From NCBI GenBank assembly GCA_001643675.2, contig LSRY02000017.1:310001-374000 (forward strand): DNA of 64,000 bases. Direction: 5' to 3'. The stretch is from Monocercomonoides exilis PA203 (taxonomy: Eukaryota; Protista; Preaxostyla). Both the position numbers and the translations under genes were made by a program. Under the pieces are notes generated by a model. That model ran no database searches. It was given only the letters and a program-made list of their open reading frames with translations, and was not told the origin of the DNA. Numbering within the stretch: position 1 is the first letter of the stretch; each line of letters opens with the position of its first letter. Positions 24,339 through 36,716 of the stretch are shown here, piece after piece.

Positions 24339-27300
24339 CTATCCTTTTAATAAAAACAAAGGACAAAGTGCAAATGCCAAGTCAGATGCAGGTTGAGATT
24401 TCCCGTCAGGAAGATTTAATGAATCTGTTTTTTGAATGTCTTTGTTTTTTTCGCAAGATTTGGTGGAAAGGCTTGGAATATGACTTTTATCCCTAACATA
24501 TCCACTTTTTGAGCGATAATTAAGTTCGCATGCTCCAACTGCTAAGCGAGGCAATACAACGGAAGATGCAGCAAAAAACGGAGAAATCAGACCGGCTGAA
24601 CGAAGATTTGCGGAAGAGGACGAAAATGAAGCAGAAGCAGCAGAAGCAGCAGCAGCAGCCGACGAAGAAGAGGCAGCACATTGTGAAAGTGACAGTGAAG
24701 AAAGCTGTGAAACAGAGGAAGGAATGAATCGCCGAGGAAGCCTAAGAGCGTGGTTCGATGCGCGAAACATCAGAGGCGGGTGTGATTGCACAGAAGGAAG
24801 AGAATACAGCTGAATTAGCGGAGATTGGGAAGGCAACGGAGAAATGGCTGGCGTCGAGGGGACTGGCAATGATGGATGAGAATCAGGATTTGTTTGGCTG
24901 CTTGAAGATAATCCAGATGCATCTGCGTGTTCGGCCCAATTCTCATCTGCTTGGGAACTGCAAGACGCATCTGAGTTTTGCACTGAGTTGCTTTCTTCTC
25001 CAGAAGCATACAATTTGTGCGGTTGGTCGGAATTTTTTGCATTGAATGATTTTGCGTGCTGTTTTGGACTTTCCTCCAACTGAGCTGCAGAAAATGATAT
25101 TACTGAATCTGTTGTTGCTCCCATCTTTGACTGGCTTTCTGCTGATGAAAGAGAAGAGCAAATTTTTTTTTCGATGTATTTCTTTGGAGCAATCATCAAA
25201 ATTCCGTCTTTTGCGTAATAAATACTATTGTTAACCCTCTTTTCATTTTCATTTCCACAACCTTCACCATCTCTATTATTATGTTCTTCTTCTTCTTCTT
25301 CTTCATCTTCTTCAGTTTCTTTGCCTTCATCCAATTCACTTTCTGAATCCGAGTCCAATGAATCAGATTTCAGCGAAGACATCCTCTTTCCTGTTGGCGC
25401 AAGGAGCTCCGCAGGTGTCGAAAGGGGGTGTTTGCCAATCGCTCTGTTCTTTTTGTCTTTCCTCGTCTCCGAAAGACAGGCCAGCTTGCCATTTCGCATC
25501 TGAACTTGCTGCTTTCGGAAGATTTCGACGAGATTTGGGAAGGGGGCGGTGCGGCTGTAGAGGCAGTTGGAGAGGCCAAGCAGATACTTCACACGAGAAT
25601 GGTGGAAGGAGGAAGGACGGTGACGGCGATGTTGTGAAGGAGAATGTTCATTGCAAGGCGAATTCTGAAGATTCTGAGGGTCTTGCAGATGGTTGCATTC
25701 AGGTGAATATTCGAGCTCAAAAACAGGAGAAGGCTGTTGTGGAAATGAAGACATTTGAGAAGAGTGGTTATTTGTACGCTTGGAAGAGGTTGGTTGTGGA
25801 TTGAGAGAATTTGCAAGAGAAGCAGAAGGCGAAGAAGAAGGGAAAGCTGCAGAATGAAAATTCATAACACTCGACAAATCGTTTGCTGCTTGTTTTTCTT
25901 GCGTGTTGTCATGATTATTTGTGTCATTCCAGTCCAAATTTGGTGGAAAGTGTAAAGTTGTTGGATTAACAGATGTGTTTGATGATGATGGTACAGAGGA
26001 AGAAGAAGAAGAAGAAGGTGAATTATGTCCAGATGATTTGTCAGACACTGCAGTTGTGTTGATGCTCAGCGAAGACAAGTCAATCTCAGTTATGTTTGAA
26101 TGAGTGCTCGAATGATTTGCCATTTGAGGCAGGCTGCTAACAGGATTTGCTTGATGCTCTTTCTGAAATGTTAAAAGAGACAGAAAGTCAAAATAGACAA
26201 TCATTCAACAGTTAATAAAAGACAAGATATGACATTTGCAGAGGGGAAAAAAAATTATATGAAAGATTAATAAATCGAAATTAAGGCAATAGGAGAAAAA
26301 GAAAAAGAAATACTTAGAATCATCGAAACATACTCCTGTTATCCATGGATGCAGCATTGCCATTTGTGGCGTCATTCGTTCTTTCTCGTTCCATTTCAGG
26401 CAGTTTGAGATAAAATCAATCAAAAACTCTTTTTCTTCGTTCCTCTCCGCAGCATGACCTTCACTAGGTGCCATTCTCTCTGTTGACTCCTGTAACTCAC
26501 TCACAGCTGACAAAGTTGATGTTTCATTTGATTCTGCCGTTTCATCTGAAACATTGGGCTTGCGTTGTGAATGCTCCTCTTTCGTCTCATTCTCATTGTC
26601 CTTTTCTGAAGCAAATTGCCGTTCAAGTTTTGGTAGTGGTTGAGTTGGTGGGATCATCATACACACTCCGTCAGGCCCAACAATCAAATTGATTTCCTCT
26701 TTTTCTCCGTTCCAATCAGACTTATTCAGCTCCTTCTTGATGCTTGTACCTCCGACGCTCTTCACTTTCCCTTTTTTATCTGGCTGAACAATCACATTCC
26801 TCTCTTCGTCAAAAAACTGCCTGTATTTCTTAGCACTCGCAAACAAGTCCGCAGGTGGCTTTCCTAAAACATGGCACATCCACACAAACAGATCCGCATC
26901 GTCGTCTGCAGGAAACAGAGGCGCGCCCGCCGCCAGCTCATACAACACACACCCAAACGACCACATGTCGATCGGGCAGCCAAAGCGCATGCCCATCACG
27001 ACCTCTGGCGCGCGGTAGTATCGCGACTGCACATACGAGTAAAGCGGCTCCTGCTCGTAGAACGACGAGCCGAAGTCTGCCACACGCAGCCTCGCCGAGC
27101 CTGCCCGCTCGATCACAATGTTCTCAGGCTTCAGGTCGCAGTGCACGATTCGCCGGCTCCTCAGAAAGCAGAGCGTCTCCAGGATCTGTACGGAGAGGTG
27201 CCGGACAAGCTGCATGCTCATCGGGCGGAACCCGCACTTGCGCTGGAACTGGTACAGGTTCATCGACATGAGGTCGAACGTGAGGCACAGATGGTCGCGG

Positions 27301-30300
27301 AACATGAAGTAGTCCGCTATCTGCAGCACATGGTACTTGTCATCGGGATCCTCTGCACGCAGATACTCCAAGATGCGTATCTCGACCAGCGACTGCTTCG
27401 CCAATCTTTCTCTGTTGCGGATGATCTTCAGAGCGCACTCACAGCCCTGTTTGTGGTCATTCACACGATACACATGCCCAAACGAGCCGTGCCCCAGCGA
27501 CTCCACAACCTCAAAGCGGTAGGCGATCTGGTCCCGCATCGCCACGTAGAAGTCGCCTTTTGTGTCGTCGTAGGAGTATGCTGTGGAGTACAGCCCGTCT
27601 TTGTCCTTGGCAAGCTCAGCCAGCGTCTCTTCAGCGTCGGGGCGAGGGCGGTCTTCTTCTTTCTCTTTCTCTTGCTGTTGCTGCTGCTGCTGGCTGTTCT
27701 GACTGCTTTCATCATCAGTCTCACTTACCTCTGAATAATAAGATGTATACTCACTTTGCGATTGTGGGTGTGCTAATTCATCTTCCTGCTCAATTGGAGC
27801 ATCTTGTTTTGTATTTCGATTTTCCTGCTTTTCATCAACTGGTTTGCGTAATGACTTTGAGCAAGGCTTTTCTGGTGAAGCAGTTTTATTATTAGCAGTT
27901 GATGCTTTTCTTTTTTTGTGCTCATTTTCTTTCTTCTCTTTGGATTCTTCAGTTTCTTCTGATTCTTCAGGCGACACCAGCAAAGAAGGTACATACTTCA
28001 GCGATTTCAGCGGGCCAAAGTAGTAAATTTTCTTGTACTTCATAATTTCCCACCGCTCAAACCAAGTGAGATGCTGCGGGAAATGCGTCAGGCAAAAAGA
28101 AGGTGACAAGGGACCTGCAATCAGAGGAGGTAAAGGCAATGGAGCAGGAACGCCTCTGTAAGACTCATCAATAGACGCATTGAGCTGATCGCTATGGGGA
28201 TTAAGGAATTGATAGGACTTCAGCATCGACAGCATCAGCGGTGTTGATGTAGAGATGGAAGAGCCCGGGGCAAAGTGATTGGGATACAGCTGGGCGAAGT
28301 CTGTGGCAGAAACAATGACTGTGTGGAACTGCTTGCGCAGAGGGTTCTGTGACGTGCGGGAAGAAGAGAGGAGAGGAGACACTTTTGCAGAGACAGCGTA
28401 TCTTGTGCAGAAGGCGTTGGTTGAAGTGGAAGGATGGTGTGATGTGTGTGCAATGGAAGAAGGAAGTGAATGTGGATAGAGTGATATGGTGTCATGGGGT
28501 GATGTGAAAACAGAGCTTAAGGAAGAAGCAGTGGATGACAGTGAAGAATTCAAAAAGGAAGACGACTGAAGTGGAACGACTGAAGACTCGCTTTCGAGTC
28601 TTTGGCTGTGCTGCTGTTCTGACGAGAAGGTGAACTCTTTCATTTCATCAAACGACTCAGAATCAGATGAAGTGCTGCCGACGAGCGTTGGAAGAGGCGG
28701 CGGGGCAGACGGCAAAGGAAATGGAAGATCGTTTTGGAGGCAGAATTCGAGTAGATGGCATGAAATGGGAAGAGATGTAGACGAAATACCATCGCAAGCA
28801 ACGCCCAAAAATGGGTTTGTGTGTTTGCGTTGAGAGGAGGAAGAAGGAGAAGAAGAATAAAATTTGCTGTTTGTAAGTGAAGAAGTTGTATCTGAGAGTG
28901 AAAAGGATGAAAGAGAAGACAAGCTGTGTAGTGAAGATGATAATTGCTTTGATGTTGAAAATAAGCCTTCCTCTTTGCCAGGCGGATCATTAACGAGTTT
29001 TGTACATTTTTTATCTATTGTCATTTTTATTATTATAACAAAACAACAGTTAATAAAATGAATAAAGAAATACTCAAAAATATGACTGCAAACTCATATT
29101 AACCCCATTGCAACAAGGAGAGGAAGGAGATGAAGAAGCAGCTGCTCGTCTAATTGACTGTGGCGTGCTCAAAGGGTTCAGAACTTTCACCTTCATTTCT
29201 TCTTTTCTCTGTGCTGTTTCCAGTTTCTGTTCATTTTCTATTTCTTTTAGAAGACTCATCTTCCTCTTGTAGACAATGTACTGATGATACAGCTGCACAT
29301 CAAGCTCCTGCTCCACCTCTGGCGATAAGCACCCTTCCAGAAGCAGCGCAATAACCTCGTCTTCTTGTTTCTGTTTGCTCTGTTTCAATTTGTGTTCTTT
29401 GCTCTCACTTCCTTCTCTTCCTTCTCTTCTTTCCCCCTTCTCTCTCCTCTCTCTTCTCTCTCCGAGCCTCCACATTTCCTCTGGCTGCTGTTGCTGTTGC
29501 TGCTGCTGCATAGCGCTCTCCACCCTGCACTTCCACAGGTGCTGCAGCAGGTTCTGCCTTTGATGTTTGCTCAGTGTCATTGTTGACAGAGTTCGCAGCA
29601 TCGCATTCGAGAGATGTTCATTCAAAGACGCCTCGTTCGGTGGGTCCTGCTGGAGAAGAAAGAGTACTTGCTGCAGCTGCTCTTCAGTGACTGTTTTGGA
29701 TGTGGAAGGAAAGCCTGAAAGAGGAGGAGGAGGAGGAGGAGGAGGAGGAGGAGGAGGAGAAGAAGAAGAAGAAGAAGAAGAAGAAGAAGAAGAAGAAGAA
29801 GATGCAGAAGAATGATGAGGCATTTGAGAAGAGGGAGAATCGCTCGGTGGAGATGAAGTAATTTTTGTTTGCCATTTCAGTGGGGAACCTTTTGAAACAA
29901 CAGTTTCATCAGGCGACTGCGTGACTTTGGATTCATCCTTTTCGCTTTTTGGGAAAAAAGGTGAATTTGTTGAACTTTTGCCTTCTTTGCATCTTTCACT
30001 TTCATTTGTAGATTTATCTTTCCTTTGAGCAACTTTTGAATCATTATCATTTTCTGTAGTTTCATCTGCTCTATTCCTTTGTCTGTCTGTTCTGCTGTTA
30101 ATGTTTTCTGTCAAAGCAGCTGAAGTCACCCGCAGCCGATGCAAAAGAGCAAGTTTGCGTTTGATTCGCAATTCTGTCGAGCCCAAATGAGAGAAAAGAG
30201 GCACATGATGCCCTGCGCTTGACTTTCCCTTTTGTTCTGAAGTGTTTTGTGTTTGAAAGCGCTGTGGAGAACTTTGAGGAGATGAGAAAGACGAAGTGTT

Positions 30301-31730
30301 TGTTTGATTACTGATTGAAGGCGATGATTGGCTTGTGCTTGATTTGGACTGCGGTTTTTTCTCTGTTTTGAATCCTGTCTGCTGCATATTCAGAAAGCTT
30401 GCTTCGGCAGCTGCTGAAGAGGAAGGATGTGGGACAAGCACAGCTTCCATTAAATCGTTCGATGAAGAAAAATTGGATGAAGACTGTATTGATTCACTTG
30501 ACTTGGAATGACTCAAAAGTGTATTTTTCACTTCGATAGCATCCTGATCAGGTGTTACATTTTGCTTTTTGTCGGAATGCAAAGCCGATTCTTTTTGGCG
30601 AAAAGAATTTGCAGAAACAGGTGCGGAAGCAGTTGAAAGAGGGGGAGGAGGGGATATTGATAGAACTGATAGCGAATTCACTGCAACAGCTTCTGAAGGT
30701 TTATTGTGAATGTTGCCATTTTCATTGCGATTGGATAAAAGAATGGAGGAAGTTGCCGAGTCTGGAAAATATATTTCAGATAAAGATTCTATGATTTTTT
30801 TGTGAGCATTTTCTGCAAGAAGATTCGTATTCTCCTTCCTGTCTTTAGAGAATTCGTTTCCCTTATTCCTTTTGGAGTTAATGTTATCTGAAAGCTCTGA
30901 ATTTATTATTGAAGTACCTGCAGTAGCCAATTCGTCAATGACCGAATCGTCTATTGCAGAATTATTGCTTCCAGTTGTTGAAGGTTTGCATTTGGCCAAA
31001 GAAGAATTTGAGTTATCTTCTTCTCCAGAACTGAAACTCGTAGTATTTATTTGCGTAATGCAAAAATCAGAAGGAAGAACACGCGATTGAGCGAAACAAC
31101 TATCTAAAGCATCACCAACAGCAACAGATTCGCTTGAGGATTCCTTCGAAGAGATCTTTCTATTTAGTTCCTTTTGATTCCTTTCATCTAGAATGCCAGA
31201 TGTTGCATCAGAAAAGGATGAATTGGTGCTTTCAAGCATTGAAGATAGTAATTGATCATTATTTTCATCGTCTTGCATCAAGGCTTGCATCAATTCATCA
31301 AGTGAATGCTCAAGGGTTCTTTGAATCTCTGGCCTCAAAGCAAACATTGGTAATCTTTCGTGCTTTTTCTTTTTTTTCCTTGATTTATAAAACTTAAACT
31401 CAATTTCGTTTTCTTGAAAGCTGTCTTCAAGTTCTGTTTTTTCACTTATCACTGTTATTCCTGCTGAAAGTCCAGATTCAAATGTTTGAGAAAATTGACA
31501 TTCATTTTCAGAAATTGTCGGAAAGCAAATTGCACGCGTTGAACTAAATCTATGTGAAGAAGAAAGTCCATGTCCTATTGAATTCATTTTCATTATAATT
31601 AAATTTTCTGAAAAGAATTTTTCAAAGATCAAAATTGCGAACCTCCATCATCACGGTCGTTTGGTTCTCCTGTCAATGTAGCTGAAAATGGAGATATTGA
31701 TTGTTCTAATGCTTCCAAATCTGAAGACAT
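24339..31730 (-). CDS. Class-II DYRK (DYRK2-like) dual-specificity kinase, ~2370 aa, 4 exons
   Basis: NAPA-like LTWFERWEIMKYKKIYYFG, DH box YDDTKGDFY...DQIAYRFEV, LGHGSFG, ALKII, HCDLKPEN, DFGSS and activation loop YSYVQSRYYRAPEV (YxY). GT-AG introns 31642-31608, 29093-29015 and 26333-26163 join exon 1 and ORFs 29074..31632, 26205..29024 and 24339..26204 in frame (7107 nt). A further 3' exon is possible. Confidence 0.9.
29721..29801 (-). repeat. Compound (GAG)n(AAG)n microsatellite encoding poly-Ser/poly-Pro in the DYRK gene
   Basis: Directly visible. The minus strand reads SSSS...PPPP. Confidence 0.95.
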
Positions 31731-32028
31731 TCTGAAATTATTTATTATGATGAAAATTCACTTTATGATTAATTAAATGATTTCATGACAAACACTTTTG
31801 TAATTGACCTACCATCGCTCATTAATATTATACATACAAACGAGATAACAAAAATACAACGTTAGAGCAAATCTATATGCCTAATAACTAGCAAATCTGC
31901 TCTGAAAAAGAGTTAAAAAATGTTATGGGCAATTCAGAATAAAAAATTAAATAAAAATTAAACGCTTCTTCATAAGCACATTAATTTTTTGTAAGATTTT
32001 TAATTTTTTTTTTTTTTTTGACAAATTT

Positions 32029-35000
32029 TTATTCTGTAATATTTTCATCTTCTACTGGTGCTGGTGGAGGCATTGGAGGTATTATAACAGTTATTAGCGG
32101 CATTCTCACCAATTTGTGTTCATCATTGATTGATCTTGCGATAAGGATGAATGTCATTTCTGTTGCCCCTTCTTCAAGCTGCTCGCCGGCTTCGTTCCAA
32201 AGAATATCCGTCAGCTGCTGATCCAAATATTCTGGCTCATCATTGCTTGGATCGTTAAGCTGATAATAAATAACATCATCTCTTTTTATCAAAATAGGCT
32301 CAATGCTATATTTCTCCTTCAATGCGTCAACCAGTTGTTTAATCGTCGGAACGAACCCAAATTTTAGTCTTTCGTGATTCCATTCAGTGAATGGTGAACC
32401 TGGCTCAAGTGGACGAGGCGGATAAGGTGGGTGATGGCTGTACACATTAAGCGCCTGGTTGATGAACCACACATGAAAGGCATCAATTGCACTTGTTTTT
32501 CTGCAAAATGGGATGAGCTCAGCAGCTCCCAATGCAGAAATAGTTGCTGTGGTTGTGATGACAGCAGGAATAATTCTCCCCACAATTATTTTGACTTCAG
32601 TTTTGGATGCTTGTGGAATATGATAGATTTTCGCTTTGAGATTGGCTGCACATGTTATAAAGTCCAACGGATGGTTTGGGCTTTCATCTTTGTCGAATGA
32701 CAGAGAATGAACTGAATCAAATACTTCTGATTGATTTGGAGATTTTTGAGAAGATATTAAAGCCGAAGAACTTTGAGGACAAGGTGATGTGTTAGTTTGA
32801 GATGAGTGACTTTGAATAATCTTGTCTGTAACGCATAGTAAATCCGTCACTTCTTTCTGCTCCTCTTTCAAAAGAGACGAATCATTTTCCTTTATTTTCG
32901 TTGAAAGATCGACAATTTTTGAATCCAATTGTGAAATCCTCTCTTCAATTCTCCTTCTGTTCACTTTCACTAATTCATCAATATCATCCTCATTAACTGT
33001 TATGTTTTGTTTCAGTTCTTTTCGAAGTAAATCTTTCATTTGCTGAAAAAGTGATAACTGATTTTTAAGCTCTCTTCGCTCTTTTTCAATCATCTGAGCA
33101 TTTGTTACAGTAAATTCATCAGTTTTCATTTCCCCTGCAACCTCCTTAACTCTGTCCCAATTAATATCCACGTTCTTTGTTTTGTTCTTTATCATAAAAC
33201 GAAGAATAGCAGCAGACCCAACAAAGCACAGATGATCCTGCTTTGAAGGATCAAAACATTCAACAAGCGGAACACGTCTTGGCTCTCTCCAAAAAGGAGA
33301 AGATGAGATTCGAAATCCAAATTGTGTAATGTCCGATTCCTCAGGAAGTGCTGAAGCTGAAAGCAAAGAATCATCCAGCTCAAAATCAGACAGCTTACTT
33401 CCCTTTGAATGCGAAGAAAGATCAAGCTCCTTCATTTCTTCATCTGTTGGGTGAAAAATCAACTGCTGCTGAGGCTGTTTCACAAACGTTTCATCAAACA
33501 ACTTTCTACCAAAACGAATGCAATCGTCAAAAGAGTCCTCATTCTCCTTCGCGAAGCCAATAATAGTCTCAATCTCTCTTTTCAGATTGTATGCTTCTCC
33601 AATTTTATCTCTTGTATATTCGTTCAATCTCAATACCTCCTCTTTTTTTTGCTTAATCCATTCTTTTGGATCCTTCAGGAACGAATTGATTGTCTGAATG
33701 CTTTTTGTCTGAAACTGTTGTTCAAAGAGCTCCTTAGCATCATTTACAACATGCTCAATCATAAATGGATGCTCCTTCGGTGTGCACATCGCCCTTTCTC
33801 CTTCAGAAATAAGCAAAGATGTATTCCCACTTTCATCGTGAAGACCACTTTCAACTTCTTCCTTTTTGTTTTTTATTCCCAAATTCGCACTGCGATATGT
33901 CTCAGTCCGAAACGGGAGAGATGTCATCGTAGTGCCGCAGAGCCCCAGTGTCCCACAGTCAAACATCGGAATCAAATATTCCGTGCAGCGCAAGCTCACA
34001 TAATTTCGCACTTCAACATTGTCTGGCGTGGTGATGACCAGATCAATCGATGACCAGAACTCAGAGTTAAAAAAATCAGCAGTTTCCTCACCGACCATCT
34101 TAGTCAGCGCAGTTATGTGCATATCAGGATTCATCTTCAGCACTTTTTCAGCAGCAACTTCTGCCTTCATCTTATTCACATCTGCTTTTTGAAAGAGGAA
34201 CTGCCTGCTCAGATTAGACAGTGATATTCCGTCCATATCTGTGACTGTCACACGCCCTCTTTCCCCGCAGCCCACACCCATCATTGCAAGCTGCTTCAGC
34301 ATTTCACAGCCAGTAGCTCCGCAGCCGACTTGGAACACACGCAAATTCATCAGCGTCTCCTGTGCTGTCCATCCGATGATTGAGGCTTGAGAGTCGTATC
34401 GCGTGTTTAGAGGCTGGCAATCAGAAAATGGAGGGAAGGAAATAAAAGAAATCGCTCGTAAATTGGAGTGATTCTGGTGCATGTTATCTTCTTTACAACA
34501 TTCAGTTTCACTAAGATTCTCGATTCCATCAAGTGAAGGAACAGAAGAGGAGGAAGAAGAAGAAGATAAAATATCTGTAACATCTTCTTCCTCTTTTTTG
34601 CGCTCATCCAGCATCAACTCATGATGAGAAAGATAGAGCCACTGAGTAATTGGCGTGAGTGTCATTGTTATTGCTTTTATTGCCTCTTGTGCTGCAATCC
34701 CCGCAGCACACGACACAATAGGAGCCAGCGAGCCTGTGGCTGTTCTGATCAGAACTTTTGCAATTTCCGTTGAGAAAGACGGCAACTGGGTATCAGAAGG
34801 AGAAGAAAAATCAGCAGAAGAATCAGGATGAGAACGAAGCTTCTGAATAAGCTTGTCTCTGAAAGAAGTTGGCGTTTGCATTGCTTGAGGAATTGCAGAT
34901 GACGCCTTCAACAAAGCAGAAGGGACTATTTTGACAACAGTTTTTGAATCTTTAAGATATGCCCTTTTTTCTGGTATTTGTGTTTCGCATGGGCAAGCAG

Positions 35001-36345
35001 ATGTTATTTTCCTTTTTTCGGTTTCTCTTGTCGACTGATATTTTTTCACAGTTTGTTTGTTAGAACTGTTCATTGTTTCATTTCCGAATATTCTCTCAAA
35101 TTCCTTTTTCATTTCAAAAAGCAATAGCTGCTCTATTTCTTTTCGTTCCATTTCGCTTTCAAATTTGTTTTCTTTATATTTTGCTGTTTTGCCCTTTGTC
35201 ATTTCTTTATTTAAAGTTCCGCTAATAATCCTCTTTATAACCTCAAACCCCACATGAAGAGTATTCCAGTCGTTGGGTGATTTCCTAAATGAACTCTTCA
35301 AAAAAGTCGGCTTTTCCAATTCTTCTGTTAAGCATCGATGATGAAACTCTAAAGGCAGCACTGCCGTTGTGGCATAGCCGTCTCCTTTGTATGTGCCGAA
35401 AGACGTTGTGTCCAAGTCGATAGCAACTGAGTGAGAATCAACAGCAACAGCTTTTACAATCTTCCCGTTGGCCTCTTCCATCCCGCTAATATGATGCAAA
35501 CAAAGAAAACATCCGTTCTGGAAAGAATGTCCAAAGGCAGCAGAAAACGTGACTATTGCTGGATATCCGTGAGATATCTCCATAATTGCTTCGGTTCGTG
35601 GTTTTTCTCCTGACCAATTGTTTGATTTATGATGATCTCCAAAATCCACAAATATTCGAGAAAATATACCAAAAACATCACACATCACAATCTTCACATT
35701 AGCACGTCTACACATGATGCAAAGTTCTTCTGATTCATTTGACGATGAATTGCAAAGAATAACGATCTAAACGTTTTTCTTTTAAGAAAACGAAAAAAAA
35801 AAATGGCAAACAGAAAAGCTTTTAATAATGTTTTCTGACAAGTTTTCTGTTGTGATATAATTGACATTAGTAAAGTTGCTAATTTTACCGATCAAAGAAC
35901 TGAAATATTCCGCTCTATTCTGTCCAAATTTGTTTTCATTTATGCAAAACTAAACGCCAAAAGAAATTTAATGAAATGAAAAACGAAAAGAAAATGTATT
36001 GCTATAATTCAAAACACCAAACGCTTGATGAGAAATTGTTTAATGATATTCTTTCTGGATCATGAAGAACAATAGAACCTACTCCTGATAAAATCAAATT
36101 TTTTGCTTGAAATGAAATGAAATTTTAAAAATAAAAAGGCTCATAAAAATCACACCAATTTCTATTCCAGCATCTTTGAGGCCAGATACTAAAACAGAAG
36201 CCTTTGAAAGCAAATTCAATGAATCTTGACTGAAACCGCAATAGAAATACAAAATATCAAAAAACAACGCATTTTTCTTCATAATATCTTACCCATATGC
36301 AATCGATTGACGATCGTGGAACAAAAATTTCTGTTCTTCATTCAT
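32029..36345 (-). CDS. Ubiquitin/UBL-activating enzyme E1, UBA1/UBA6-type single-chain architecture, divergent (5 exons)
   Basis: Spliced N-terminus FHDRQSIAYG...VLVSGL..AGIEIAKNLILSGV..IVLHD; FVDFG; AAQEAIKAIT..LTPITQWLY; RYDSQ; VGCGATGCEMLK; TDMD..SNLSRQFLF; DNVEVR; catalytic Cys (MCTPK.HP..IEH, codon 33786-33784); FDKD..NHPLDFITCAANL; GRIIPAVITTTA; short UFD. ATG at 36345; four introns traced. Confidence 0.9.
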
Positions 36346-36525
36346 TTCATGTGAATGTGAAGATAAAATCTCACTATTTTTTAGTATGGGTGTGTTTGAC
36401 AAACAAATCTGAGAACACTTGTTCAAGAAATAATGTTAAATAGAATTATCTGTATGCAGTTATATAAAGATAGCATAAGTAGTTTTCATGAAAGAGAAAA
36501 AAAATGAGTAACAACAAAAAATAGG

Positions 36526-36562
<37 letters not shown>
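36526..36562. repeat. 37-nt poly(dA:dT) tract in the divergent E1 / TrmO intergenic region
   Basis: Uninterrupted A run followed by gaaa units, inside a 371-bp head-to-head intergenic region. Confidence 0.9.
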
Positions 36563-36564
<2 letters not shown>

Positions 36565-36716
36565 AAGAAAGAAAAACATTGAATCACAAAGAAGACGTTT
36601 TATTTGTTATATATGTTGCATTTGAGTATTGATGTTTTTTGTTTTGATTCACTTCAATGAAAAAGTTTCCCATTAACAATTAATTATTAATATTTTTCAT
36701 TATTTTCTGATGACCA

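Noticed and set aside
26855-27734. 287-aa and 138-aa plus-strand ORFs
   Set aside because: Antisense shadows of the GC-rich DYRK kinase core; no recognisable motifs.
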